A DNA stretch of 64,000 nucleotides from NCBI GenBank assembly GCA_026984135.1, contig JALSSR010000282.1, positions 1,930 to 65,929 of the forward strand, given 5' to 3'. The translations under genes were made by a program, and so were the position numbers. The stretch comes from Bacteroidales bacterium. GTDB taxonomy: Bacteria; Bacteroidota; Bacteroidia; Bacteroidales; JAADJA01. Under the pieces are notes generated by a model that was not told the origin of the DNA, searched no databases, and saw only the letters and a list, made by a program, of their open reading frames with translations. Below, one piece after another: positions 18,327 to 27,613 of the stretch; within the stretch, counting starts at the first letter, position 1, and every line of letters starts with the position of its first letter.

Positions 18327-21300
18327 ATGAAACAATTAAACTCCATTACTTTAGCTATTATTCTAACTATTTTTACCGGATTAACCGTTGTTAATGCTCA
18401 AAAGAAAAACATACCTGAAAATATAAAATTATTACCTAAATTATCAACTGCAGATTCAATGGGGTTAATGAACCTTCCGAAATTGACTATGCCGGAGTGG
18501 ATGAAAGGCCCCAATGCTCCAATGTTGCCCGAAGAGGTTGACAATTCACAAAATATGTACTGGCGTCCTGTTTTTGCCCAGGTTGACCTTGAGTGTGGTC
18601 AGGCTTCGGGAATAGGTCTCGGATATACTTACGAGATAAACAGATTAAGGAATCTGCCGTCGAATGTTGCAGAAAATCAATATCCTACACATTATTGCTG
18701 GAACTGGGCCAATGGTGGTGAAGGGTGGTACGGTGTCAGCTATTTCCATAGCTTCGAGATATTGAAAACCGGAGGAACTCCCGATGTTAATACTTACGGA
18801 GGAATGTATGTGGGAAATTCGGACGAACGTACAAAGGTTTGGATGTCGGGCTATGACAAGTATTACGAAGCCATGCATAACAGAATCAACGAACTTTATC
18901 AGATAGATGTCTCAACGGAAGAAGGAATTCTGACTTTGAAAAACTGGATACATAACCATCTTGACGGCTCGGAAGTAGGTGGTGTGGCAAACTTTTATGC
19001 CAATGCTCCTTATGGAATGTCAACACTGCCCTCCGGTACTCCCGAAGCGGGGAAATATGTTGTCATAAGCTGGGGCGGTGCCAATCACGGTATGACTATC
19101 TGTGCCTATCACGATTCAATACGATGGGATTATAATGGTGACGGACAATATACAAATGATATTGATATTAATAATGATGGGGTTGTCAATGTTCGCGATT
19201 GGGAAATAGGAGGATTCAAATTTGCAAATACTTACAGCGGAGGACCCACTTTCGGCAATGACGGTTTCAGTTATATGACTTATAAATCGTGTGCCGACCC
19301 TTCGGAAAACGGCGGAATCTGGAATAATGCCGTACATGTGATTTATGCCAAAGAACAATGTGACCCTTTGTTAACTGCAAGAATAACTTTAAAACATACT
19401 TGCAGAAACAAAATTAAAGTCAGAATGGGATACTCTACCGATTTAAACGCTACCTCCCCGGAGTTTGTGCTTGAGTTTCCCATATTCAATTACCAGGGCG
19501 GATGTAAATATTTGCAGGGAGGAAATACCGAAGAGGATAAAACTTTGGAGTTCGGCCTCGACCTCACACCGTTTTTGAATATGCTCGGCTCCGGAACCCT
19601 AGCACGCTATTTTCTCCTTGTTAATGAGGACGATCCTTCAAATCAGTATGACGGTGAAATAGTTCAGTTTTCGATAATTGATTATACAAACGGAGTCAAT
19701 GAAATTGACTGCGGACAGTCAAATGTTACTTTGAACAACGGAGTGAATAAACTTTGGGTTGATCATACCGTAACTTTTGATGGTGTTGATATTTCTAACG
19801 ACGAACTACCCGAAGCAACTGTTTATGAACCGTATCAATCTCAAATTGAAGCGGATGGCGGTTCCGAACCCTATTATTTCGACTTTGATATGAATTTTGC
19901 GGAAACAGACTATACGGAAACATTTCCAAATATTAATCAGATATCAATAACTCCGGGCAATACAAACACCGGTTTTACCACGGTTAACCTTGATTTTGAT
20001 TTCCCGTTTTATGATGAACAGTTCAATCAGGTTAAGGTATATGTTGACGGCTTTATTTCACTTGGCGATTATATCGAATGGCCTTATCAGGTTTATGATT
20101 TTTTACTTTTTACAAAAAATAAGTTTATTGCCCCCTTCAAAACCGACTTGATAGTTGTTTCCTCTTATGGTGACGGTATGTGGTATGAAAGTGAAGACGG
20201 ATTTGCGACTTTCAGATGGAAAGCAAGCATTAACGGTCAGCAAAGTACTTCGGAAGTGAATTTTGCAGTAAGACTTTATGAAAACGGTGATATCAAATAT
20301 TACTACGGTGATGTTAACGATTTTTCAAATGTGGATTGGATTTCTGGCATCTCGGCAGGAAACAATATTTATTACCAGTTTACAGATGTTAACAATCATC
20401 AGTCAATACCTCAGAATTATGTTTGTGACCTTGTCGCCTCTCATATACCTCAGGGATTTACAATTTCTCCCGACGGTTTGTTCAGCGGACTTCCGGAATA
20501 TGTTTACGATAATTTTGAGGTTAGATTCAGGGTTAGCGACGGAAGAAACATTACTTCGACCAAACCGCTGTATTTTTCCACCGACGGAACCAATTTTATT
20601 GTTATTGACGATTATTCCGTTAATTCGGGCGGCAATGATATTATTGAGTTCGGCGAGTCTCCCGATTTATCGGTAACGTTGAGAAGTCTTGGCGAGCAGG
20701 TTATCTCAAATGTTAATATGTCAATATCAATAGATGATGAATATGTTGATTTGACCGATAGTACCGAATTTCTCGGTGATTTTGAACCTGAAGAGTCGAA
20801 AATATTTTCCGATGCCTTTTCATTTGATGTTTCCAATGCCGTCCCCAATAATTATCAGCTCGATTTTAATACCTTAACCACTGACGACGCAGGTGGTGAG
20901 TGGGAAAGCCATATTTATCTGACAGCTTATGCTCCTATAATAAATTCAACCGGAATAACCGTTGACGACGGAGCAAACGGTGGTCTTGATCCGGGTGAAA
21001 CGGCCGACCTGATTGTTAATTTGCGTAATTTGGGAGGAGCTACGGCAAATAATCTTGAGATACTGTTTTCTTCCGATGATCCGTATGTTACCATAAACAA
21101 TAATAGTGCAACATTGAGTTTTATTGAGCCCAATTCCAATGATGAGGTTGCCTTTAACGTGACTGTTTCGGATGATGTACCGATAGGCTATATTATCGGC
21201 TTTGATGTAGATGTAAGTGCTGATAATGATTACTTTAACGAAAGTCAGGCTTTTGTTGTGATAGGTTTGATAAACGAAAGCTTTGAAACGGGAGATTTTA

Positions 21301-22307
21301 CTGCAATGCCCTGGCAATTAGGAGGGAATGCAGATTGGGTTATTGACGATAATGAGGTTTATATGGGTAATTACAGCGCCCGATCCGGTGATATTGAAGA
21401 TGATGAAATTTCCTTTATGGAGATGGAAGTTTGCATACTTGTTAACGGAGAGGTAAACTTTGCTCATAAGGTTTCCAGTGAAGCAAATTATGATTTTTTG
21501 AAATTCTATATTGATGGCGCCGAAATGGGTGCCTGGGACGGTGAAGAGCCCTGGTCGCAGTCATCTTTCAACATTACTTCCGGAGTGCATACCCTCAGAT
21601 GGGCCTATGAAAAGGATTATTCGGTCAGCAACGGCTCCGATTGCGGCTGGGTTGACTATATAACACTTCCCCCGTTCGGGGATTCCGATCCTCAAATCGC
21701 CTACACTCCTGATATCATTACCGACTCTTTAATTACGGGAGACATTGCCTATGATACTATCGTGGTTTCCAATGTGGGTTCCGGCTCGGTTCTTTTCTCG
21801 GTGGAAATTGCCGATACTCTCGGAAATCCCGTGGAGTGGCTAACCCTTGACCAAATGGCAGGAGGTTTGAATCCGGGAACATCCGATACAATTGTGTCGC
21901 TTATCAATACAAACGGCCTTGAACAGGGCGATTATGTCGCGAAAATAATAATTACCGACCATTTGGAAAATGAATATGTGACTACTGTTTATCTTAATGT
22001 TGATCTCGGGACAGGAATTGATGAAAGGCCGGCACTTGTTTCAGGTTGCTATCCCAATCCTTTTAACAATTCTACAACCATTGCGTTTACACTTAATGAT
22101 CCGGCAAAAACGACGCTCGGTATTTTTGACAATAAAGGAAGCCTTGTGAAAATGCTTATAACAGGCGAAAATCTGGCTCGGGGCAATCATAAAGCGGTTT
22201 GGTATGCCAATGACAATTACGGAAAAAGGGTCGGAGCCGGATTGTATTATTACAGGCTGATTGCGGGTGATAATATCCATATAGGAAAAATGGTTGTTTC
22301 TGAATAA
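18327..22307 (+). CDS. large T9SS-secreted multidomain protein (possible papain-like cysteine peptidase N-domain, CARDB/Ig-like and jelly-roll domains, T9SS C-terminal sorting domain)
   Basis: Start moved to MKQLNSITLAIILTIFTGLTVVNAQ (signal peptide). The C-terminus GCYPNPFNNSTTIAFTL..GIFDNKGSLVKML..GLYYYRLIAGDNIHIGKMVVSE is a typical Por_Secre_tail. ECGQASG and GGANHGMTICAYHD could be a Cys/His dyad. GETADLIVNLRNLGG is CARDB-like. Confidence 0.85.
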   Translation: MKQLNSITLAIILTIFTGLTVVNAQKKNIPENIKLLPKLSTADSMGLMNLPKLTMPEWMKGPNAPMLPEEVDNSQNMYWRPVFAQVDLECGQASGIGLGYTYEINRLRNLPSNVAENQYPTHYCWNWANGGEGWYGVSYFHSFEILKTGGTPDVNTYGGMYVGNSDERTKVWMSGYDKYYEAMHNRINELYQIDVSTEEGILTLKNWIHNHLDGSEVGGVANFYANAPYGMSTLPSGTPEAGKYVVISWGGANHGMTICAYHDSIRWDYNGDGQYTNDIDINNDGVVNVRDWEIGGFKFANTYSGGPTFGNDGFSYMTYKSCADPSENGGIWNNAVHVIYAKEQCDPLLTARITLKHTCRNKIKVRMGYSTDLNATSPEFVLEFPIFNYQGGCKYLQGGNTEEDKTLEFGLDLTPFLNMLGSGTLARYFLLVNEDDPSNQYDGEIVQFSIIDYTNGVNEIDCGQSNVTLNNGVNKLWVDHTVTFDGVDISNDELPEATVYEPYQSQIEADGGSEPYYFDFDMNFAETDYTETFPNINQISITPGNTNTGFTTVNLDFDFPFYDEQFNQVKVYVDGFISLGDYIEWPYQVYDFLLFTKNKFIAPFKTDLIVVSSYGDGMWYESEDGFATFRWKASINGQQSTSEVNFAVRLYENGDIKYYYGDVNDFSNVDWISGISAGNNIYYQFTDVNNHQSIPQNYVCDLVASHIPQGFTISPDGLFSGLPEYVYDNFEVRFRVSDGRNITSTKPLYFSTDGTNFIVIDDYSVNSGGNDIIEFGESPDLSVTLRSLGEQVISNVNMSISIDDEYVDLTDSTEFLGDFEPEESKIFSDAFSFDVSNAVPNNYQLDFNTLTTDDAGGEWESHIYLTAYAPIINSTGITVDDGANGGLDPGETADLIVNLRNLGGATANNLEILFSSDDPYVTINNNSATLSFIEPNSNDEVAFNVTVSDDVPIGYIIGFDVDVSADNDYFNESQAFVVIGLINESFETGDFTAMPWQLGGNADWVIDDNEVYMGNYSARSGDIEDDEISFMEMEVCILVNGEVNFAHKVSSEANYDFLKFYIDGAEMGAWDGEEPWSQSSFNITSGVHTLRWAYEKDYSVSNGSDCGWVDYITLPPFGDSDPQIAYTPDIITDSLITGDIAYDTIVVSNVGSGSVLFSVEIADTLGNPVEWLTLDQMAGGLNPGTSDTIVSLINTNGLEQGDYVAKIIITDHLENEYVTTVYLNVDLGTGIDERPALVSGCYPNPFNNSTTIAFTLNDPAKTTLGIFDNKGSLVKMLITGENLARGNHKAVWYANDNYGKRVGAGLYYYRLIAGDNIHIGKMVVSE

Positions 22308-22400
22308 AAAGGCGACAGGATTTTCCCGCTATCCTATTTCTTTTGCTGTAACTGATGTTTTTTCTATGCTTTTTGTTTGTTGTAAATGGTGTGTGGGTTT

Positions 22401-22466
22401 CCCTTTGTGTTTTCTTTGAGCCTTAGTGTCTTTGTGGCTAATTTTCTGCTATTTTGCCACTAAGGC
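22401..22466 (-). repeat. ~66-nt hairpin repeat, copy B, overlapping the stop codon of the 22460-24082 ORF
   Basis: The minus strand reads GCCTTAGTGGCAAAATAGCAGAAAATTAGCCACAAAGACACTAAGGCTCAAAGAAAACACAAAGGG. With 2 flanking nt it forms an 11-bp perfect stem, GAGCCTTAGTG/CACTAAGGCTC. The TAG stop is repeat positions 5-7. Confidence 0.9.
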
Positions 22467-24082
22467 TCAATGACACTAAGAACCGCAATTTTTTCCGCTT
22501 CTATTTGCAGTGCCTCATCAAAGGTCATATAATACTGTTTTGCTATGGAGTCTGTTTTGGCAACTAAACTGCTGTTGTTCAGGATAATCTCTTTCTGCTT
22601 TCTTATGGCATTGTACTTTTTAAATTGTTCGGGATACTCTTTTTTGAATGAGTAATTAGCCTCCATTCGTATCATTTTTTCAACCGGTATGTTTTTTTTC
22701 TTTGCTTTTTCTTTCACCGATTTTAACCAATCGGGAGTGTTTTTTATCTTTTCTTCATAATATTCACCACCTTTTAGTACCATAAAATCTTTCTTTTCAT
22801 TGACCATAAATATATAATTTCCATCCTCTTTCAGTTTTTCACCGAGGGTCATATTTTTCTCTTTGGCTTTTTCGATTATTACATCAAACCACTTACTATC
22901 GTTACATATATTGTCAATAAATGAATACAATTTATCATATTCGGATGCAGGCGCATAAAGTTTGTAAGCTTTATTAAGAAAAGTCCAGTCGAATTTATAG
23001 AGAAAGCGCTTTGTTACCATCAGAAAGATAACATCCTGTTTTTCGATTTCCTTTTTAAGGTTCAGATCGGATGTTCGTGTTTTCTTGGAATAGCTATCGG
23101 GATAAACCAAAGCGTTGAAATACCAGAATGCCTCATTCTTGAACAGATGTTTGGGAATGCGGGTATTAAAGATGTTCCAGTAGTAACTGTCGGCAATTGT
23201 CAGCACCATTGGTCTTGTTTTTTGGGGATTATTCTCAAAACGGTAAACCGGATATGCCAGTTTCTGTTTTTCGGGTAAACGCCACAACAGATTGAGAGTG
23301 GTTGCCACGTCATAATCGGGGCGGCGGGCATGTTGTTCTATCTCCAGACTGTCAATATAAACATCGGGCATATCAATATGTCGCAGATTTTCAATGTATT
23401 TGATCAGAGAATCGGCTGCAAACGACATTCCGTAAATACTCCAGTGGATACCGTATTGGGGATAAATCGGATATTCGGTATTTCCTTTTAATTGATGGAA
23501 ATAATTTTCAAGATCAATATACCTGACATTGTACTCATCAGCCTTTTGCAGGAAAACCTTCGAATTTGTCGTTGATATGCCCTCTTTTAAAAAACGGTCG
23601 GGAATATATTCGGGATTGACGGATGCTTTTCCGGGTTCGAAAACCAGAATGAGGTCAATGTTTTTTTCTTTTTTGAGATAAGTCTGAAGATATTTCAACA
23701 TTCTCATTTTTTTGTCAATCAACTCTTTTCCGATGTAATCACCACCGACATATTCCCTGATGTAATCATATTCGAAAAGTTGATCGTCTTTACCAATTAC
23801 CACTCCTTCGGCGTGGGGTACTCTGTAAAAGCTGAAGTCTATCTGATTTGTAAGTCTGACCAGAAAGTCACGGAATCCGATATGGTCTTCAATATAATTG
23901 TTGAATTTGGATTGAAAATCTCCCGAATACCAGCTTTTCCGGGTTAACTTGGGTTTTTCTGCCAACACGAAACTGCCGTCCAGTTTTTTGACTTTAACAA
24001 AAGGATACTCCTTTTGTATGCCCGGTAAAACCAGAAGAGCAAGCATAAATATAACCAATATTTTTTCCGTCGTTTTCATCAA
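22460..24082 (-). CDS. membrane-anchored AlgJ/AlgX-like partner of the MBOAT O-acyltransferase (hypothetical), with C-terminal triple repeat
   Basis: 540 aa with an N-terminal TM helix. The 4-nt ATGA overlap with the upstream MBOAT gene is the usual AlgI/AlgJ-type arrangement. YGIHWSIYG resembles the DxHW motif but lacks the Asp. Three ~29-aa repeats lie at aa 397-533. Confidence 0.5.
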   Translation of the reverse strand: MMKTTEKILVIFMLALLVLPGIQKEYPFVKVKKLDGSFVLAEKPKLTRKSWYSGDFQSKFNNYIEDHIGFRDFLVRLTNQIDFSFYRVPHAEGVVIGKDDQLFEYDYIREYVGGDYIGKELIDKKMRMLKYLQTYLKKEKNIDLILVFEPGKASVNPEYIPDRFLKEGISTTNSKVFLQKADEYNVRYIDLENYFHQLKGNTEYPIYPQYGIHWSIYGMSFAADSLIKYIENLRHIDMPDVYIDSLEIEQHARRPDYDVATTLNLLWRLPEKQKLAYPVYRFENNPQKTRPMVLTIADSYYWNIFNTRIPKHLFKNEAFWYFNALVYPDSYSKKTRTSDLNLKKEIEKQDVIFLMVTKRFLYKFDWTFLNKAYKLYAPASEYDKLYSFIDNICNDSKWFDVIIEKAKEKNMTLGEKLKEDGNYIFMVNEKKDFMVLKGGEYYEEKIKNTPDWLKSVKEKAKKKNIPVEKMIRMEANYSFKKEYPEQFKKYNAIRKQKEIILNNSSLVAKTDSIAKQYYMTFDEALQIEAEKIAVLSVIEP

Positions 24083-25500
24083 AACCTGAAATAAATAAAG
24101 GGGTTAAAACCCGATGAAGTAATATATCCGAGACTTATAATAAAAAGCAATACAGCTATCAAAAAGAACAGAACAAGTGTTGCGGCATTTTTATTTTTTT
24201 CATATAATTTCATTTGCCACTTTTCAATTTTCTTAAATCCTCCGAAGAAAGAAAAGAAAAAGGCAACCGCCATAATGAACCAAAATTTAGTATCGAAATA
24301 ATGACCGTCATATTTAAAATCAGCTGCAAACATATTATGAAAATAATCACCTGCCTGTGTCATACTCTCAACCCTGAAAAGGACCCAGCCCACAAGGGTA
24401 ATAAAGAATGTTATAACGATACTCGGTATTTTGCCTATTTTTTTATAAAATTTCAACAGAAAAAGTTTATCCATAACGAGAAACAAACCGTGAAAAGCAC
24501 CCCAGATGACAAAGTTCCATGCAGCACCGTGCCACAAACCCGAGATGAGGAATACTACCCAAAGATTGAAATAGAGACGCTTTGTGGAAACCCTGTTTCC
24601 TCCGAGCGGAATGTAAAGATAATCGCGCATCCACCTTCCGAGGGTTATGTGCCAACGCCTCCAAAATTCGGAAATGCTTTGGCTGATATACGGATTGTTG
24701 AAGTTTTCGGGGAAGTCGAAACCTATCATTCTGCCTATGCCTATTGCCATATCGGAATAACCCGAAAAGTCGAAATATATTTGAAACGCATACGCCGTAA
24801 TGCCTACCCAGGCAGTTAAAGTGTTGAATTCCATCTGCCCCGTCCCGAAGATCATATCTACCTGCTCACCGAGTACGTTAGCTATGAGAACCTTTTTTGC
24901 AAGTCCGACGGTAAATCTGAAAAAACCTGTGAGCCTGTTATTGTTATTTTCATTCCAACTGCGGTCTTCAATCTGGTTTGCTATTTCGTTGAACCTGACA
25001 ATAGGACCGGCTATAAGTTGCGGAAACATAAGTATGTAAAGGGCAAAATCGGCAGGTTTTTTCAACGGATGATACACACCGCGATACACATCCACGGCAT
25101 AGGTCATCTTTTGAAAAGTGAAAAACGAAATCCCGATTGGAAGTGCCACGGCAGTCCATTTTAACCGGTGCATACCTACGGCGGCAAGTATCTCGTTTAT
25201 ATTTTCAACAAAAAAGTTTGCATATTTAAAATAGGCAAGCAGCCCCACGTTCAACAGAACGGAAGTGGTAACGAGCAATATTTTCTTCTTACCCGTTGAT
25301 TCGTTCATCACCTTTACAAGATAGAAATCAATTATTATGGATCCAAGGACGATGAAGATAAAATCGGGTGCTCCCCAGGCATAGAAGACGATACTCGCTA
25401 TAAGAGCAAATGAATTTTTCAGCTTTTTCGGGATAATAAAATATATTATCAGGAAAGCAGGTAAAAAGTATAAAAGAAATATGCTGCTGCTGAATACCAT
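24079..25500 (-). CDS. MBOAT family O-acyltransferase (AlgI/DltB/PatA type)
   Basis: 473 aa, polytopic. GYSDMAIG, FWRRWHITLGRWMRDYLYIPLGGNR and SGLWHGA are hallmark MBOAT blocks that include the catalytic His. Confidence 0.9.
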   Translation of the reverse strand: MVFSSSIFLLYFLPAFLIIYFIIPKKLKNSFALIASIVFYAWGAPDFIFIVLGSIIIDFYLVKVMNESTGKKKILLVTTSVLLNVGLLAYFKYANFFVENINEILAAVGMHRLKWTAVALPIGISFFTFQKMTYAVDVYRGVYHPLKKPADFALYILMFPQLIAGPIVRFNEIANQIEDRSWNENNNNRLTGFFRFTVGLAKKVLIANVLGEQVDMIFGTGQMEFNTLTAWVGITAYAFQIYFDFSGYSDMAIGIGRMIGFDFPENFNNPYISQSISEFWRRWHITLGRWMRDYLYIPLGGNRVSTKRLYFNLWVVFLISGLWHGAAWNFVIWGAFHGLFLVMDKLFLLKFYKKIGKIPSIVITFFITLVGWVLFRVESMTQAGDYFHNMFAADFKYDGHYFDTKFWFIMAVAFFFSFFGGFKKIEKWQMKLYEKNKNAATLVLFFLIAVLLFIISLGYITSSGFNPFIYFRF

Positions 25501-25543
25501 ATGCTACTTAACGAGTATAAAAATTATTATTTCAGAGAGGCTG

Positions 25544-25551
25544 CAAAAGTA
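25544..25551 (-). promoter_or_regulatory. Bacteroidota -7 promoter box (TAnnTTTG)
   Basis: The minus strand reads TACTTTTG, 44 nt upstream of the MBOAT ATG at 25500. Confidence 0.4.
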
Positions 25552-25583
25552 TTGTTCTTTTTGGTTTTAAACAAATGATGATT

Positions 25584-25591
25584 TACTTTTG
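25584..25591 (+). promoter_or_regulatory. Bacteroidota -7 promoter box (TAnnTTTG)
   Basis: TACTTTTG lies inside the track ORF's first 8 codons and 7 nt before the ATG at 25599. This would imply a near-leaderless transcript. Confidence 0.35.
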
Positions 25592-25598
25592 CAGCAAA

Positions 25599-26501
25599 AT
25601 GAAAAAGATATATCTCAACATACTCATTTATACATCTATTGTTTTCCTTTTTATTTATCTGTATAAGTTTGATTATTTTGCATTTGATGAAGTTGAATTT
25701 GTTTTATGGCCATTGGTTGTCTCAACAATATTACTTTGGGGTGGATATTTGCTGAGCACTTTAAGTTGGTATAATATCCTGAACCGGTATGACTTTACAG
25801 TAACTGTTAAGCAGGCGATTATCTCACATGGGTTGGCAATATTTGCAAAATATATTCCCGGGAAAATATGGGTAATACTTGGACGGGCGGGATATTTTTC
25901 CAAGTACGGATATTCATTAAAAACAACATCTTTTCTATCTCTAAAGGAGCAATTGATTTATGTTTGGGAAGGATTGGTTATAAGTACTGTTCCGATGCTT
26001 TTCATCTACGGATTTACTCTTTTCGCGCTAATGGTTTTATTTATAACACTGTTTTTAACATTTTTGCTCTTTTCCGAAAAGTTTCATAACCGTTTATTAA
26101 TAATATTTACAAAAATTACAAAAAAGGAATTAGACCTTCCTTTTATGAAATTCAATGATAGTTATAGTATAATGCTATATGTTTTTGTTTACTGGGTTGT
26201 TTGGTTATTTGCTTTCGGTTTTTTTGTGTTTTCATTTTATAGAGATGCGGATTTTCGGGTTTCGTTTGCTTTTCCTTTGAGTGTAACATTAGGTTTATTG
26301 GCTATTATCTTCCCGGGCGGAATTGGTGTGAGGGAAGGAATTATGAGCGGTTATTTGGTAATATCTGGAATACCTCTTGACATAGCAATTGTTATTTCGG
26401 TGTATGCAAGACTGTGGTTTGTATCGGGTGAAATTTTTATTTTTCTTGTTGCTCTTATAATGTCAAAAAGAATACGGAAAAAGTCGAAATCAGGCGGTTA
26501 A
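25599..26501 (+). CDS. flippase-like polytopic membrane protein (UPF0104 / LPG_synthase_TM-type)
   Basis: Start moved from 25575 to MKKIYLNIL. Multi-TM protein with FPGGIGVREG, the conserved motif of this family. Confidence 0.65.
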   Translation: MKKIYLNILIYTSIVFLFIYLYKFDYFAFDEVEFVLWPLVVSTILLWGGYLLSTLSWYNILNRYDFTVTVKQAIISHGLAIFAKYIPGKIWVILGRAGYFSKYGYSLKTTSFLSLKEQLIYVWEGLVISTVPMLFIYGFTLFALMVLFITLFLTFLLFSEKFHNRLLIIFTKITKKELDLPFMKFNDSYSIMLYVFVYWVVWLFAFGFFVFSFYRDADFRVSFAFPLSVTLGLLAIIFPGGIGVREGIMSGYLVISGIPLDIAIVISVYARLWFVSGEIFIFLVALIMSKRIRKKSKSGG

Positions 26502-26509
26502 TTTAGTAT

Positions 26510-27613
26510 TTATTTTTGTAGCCTTTCATTATCCTGTATATCCATCCACATAGCAAAAAAAAGTGATTGTAAACCCGTGATTATTAGAAAAATAAAGAAA
26601 ATAATATTTTGTTGTGGCGTTGATTCGCCAATTTTAAAAAGGTTTATGATTAAACTGATTAGAAAAGGAATAGAGGCTAAAAGCAAAACAATTCCCAAGT
26701 GATACAATAGAAAGAGAGGATGAAAATCTTTAAAGAGATACTTTATCCACATTCGCTTGAAAAATGATTTAAACAATAAAAGACTAATAGGCAGAATAAC
26801 TTTTAATACTTTCATTTTTGATTTTTCTCCAACATTATAAACCGGTTTTATTGTAACTTCTTTAAGCGTACAAAAAGAGATATTCAACTTAACAAGCAAA
26901 TCATTGGGCATACCGTAAGTTGGATAAATATCGTATATGTTGATACTGTTGAGAGCGTTTTTTGAAATTGCAGTATATCCTGTTTGGGTATCGGAGACGT
27001 GCCAATAGCCTGAAGCAATTTTAGTAAGAATTGAAAGTATTGAATTACCGAGGAATCGTGTTTTTGGAATCAGATCAAAAGCACTTGCGTGTTTTAATCT
27101 GTTGCCTTTAACATAATCAATATTTTCTTCCACAACAGGCATGCAAATCGACTCAAGCTCATTCGGGTCCATTTGTCCGTCACCCGCCATAACGGCAGTA
27201 CAGTCAATGCTATAATCTTTACACCATTTATATCCACGCGCAATGGCAGCTCCAACTCCCCCGTTTTCCAAATGATCTATCAATATTATTCTGTTATTTT
27301 CAGGATTTTTGTTTGCAACCTTCGAAGGGATAAATTTTTCAATTTCTTTCCTGTTCTTTTCATTTACAATCTGCTCGGCAGTATTATAGATATTTTTTGT
27401 AATCGCAACATTTTTTTTAGAGATGATAAGGGGGGTCTTGTTTTCGGGTTTATCAAAATATGATTTGACGACATCTGATGTTTTATCTTTAGAGAGGTCA
27501 TTTACAATAATAATCCTGTCAACAAAGTCGGGCATCGTTTCAACCACCATACCGATTTGATTTTCTTCATTATAAGCAGGTACAACTACTGCAATGGTTT
27601 TATTATTTAGCAT
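26510..27613 (-). CDS. polyprenyl-phosphate glycosyltransferase, GT2 (GtrB/DPM1/ArnC-like)
   Basis: 367 aa. IAVVVPAYNEENQI, IIVNDLSKDKT, GGVGAAIARGY, VMAGDGQMDP, and two C-terminal TM helices as in GtrB. 11-nt overlap with the upstream ORF. Confidence 0.8.
   Translation of the reverse strand: MLNNKTIAVVVPAYNEENQIGMVVETMPDFVDRIIIVNDLSKDKTSDVVKSYFDKPENKTPLIISKKNVAITKNIYNTAEQIVNEKNRKEIEKFIPSKVANKNPENNRIILIDHLENGGVGAAIARGYKWCKDYSIDCTAVMAGDGQMDPNELESICMPVVEENIDYVKGNRLKHASAFDLIPKTRFLGNSILSILTKIASGYWHVSDTQTGYTAISKNALNSINIYDIYPTYGMPNDLLVKLNISFCTLKEVTIKPVYNVGEKSKMKVLKVILPISLLLFKSFFKRMWIKYLFKDFHPLFLLYHLGIVLLLASIPFLISLIINLFKIGESTPQQNIIFFIFLIITGLQSLFFAMWMDIQDNERLQK

Noticed and set aside
17324-22466. 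The inverted repeats read as the terminal inverted repeats of a transposon or composite mobile element carrying the T9SS gene
   Set aside because: There is no transposase, integrase or recombinase between or next to the repeats. I saw no target-site duplication. Both copies have the same relationship to the gene reading into them (stop codon, then hairpin), which fits 3'-end REP/terminator-like elements better. I kept it as a finding only in that weaker form.
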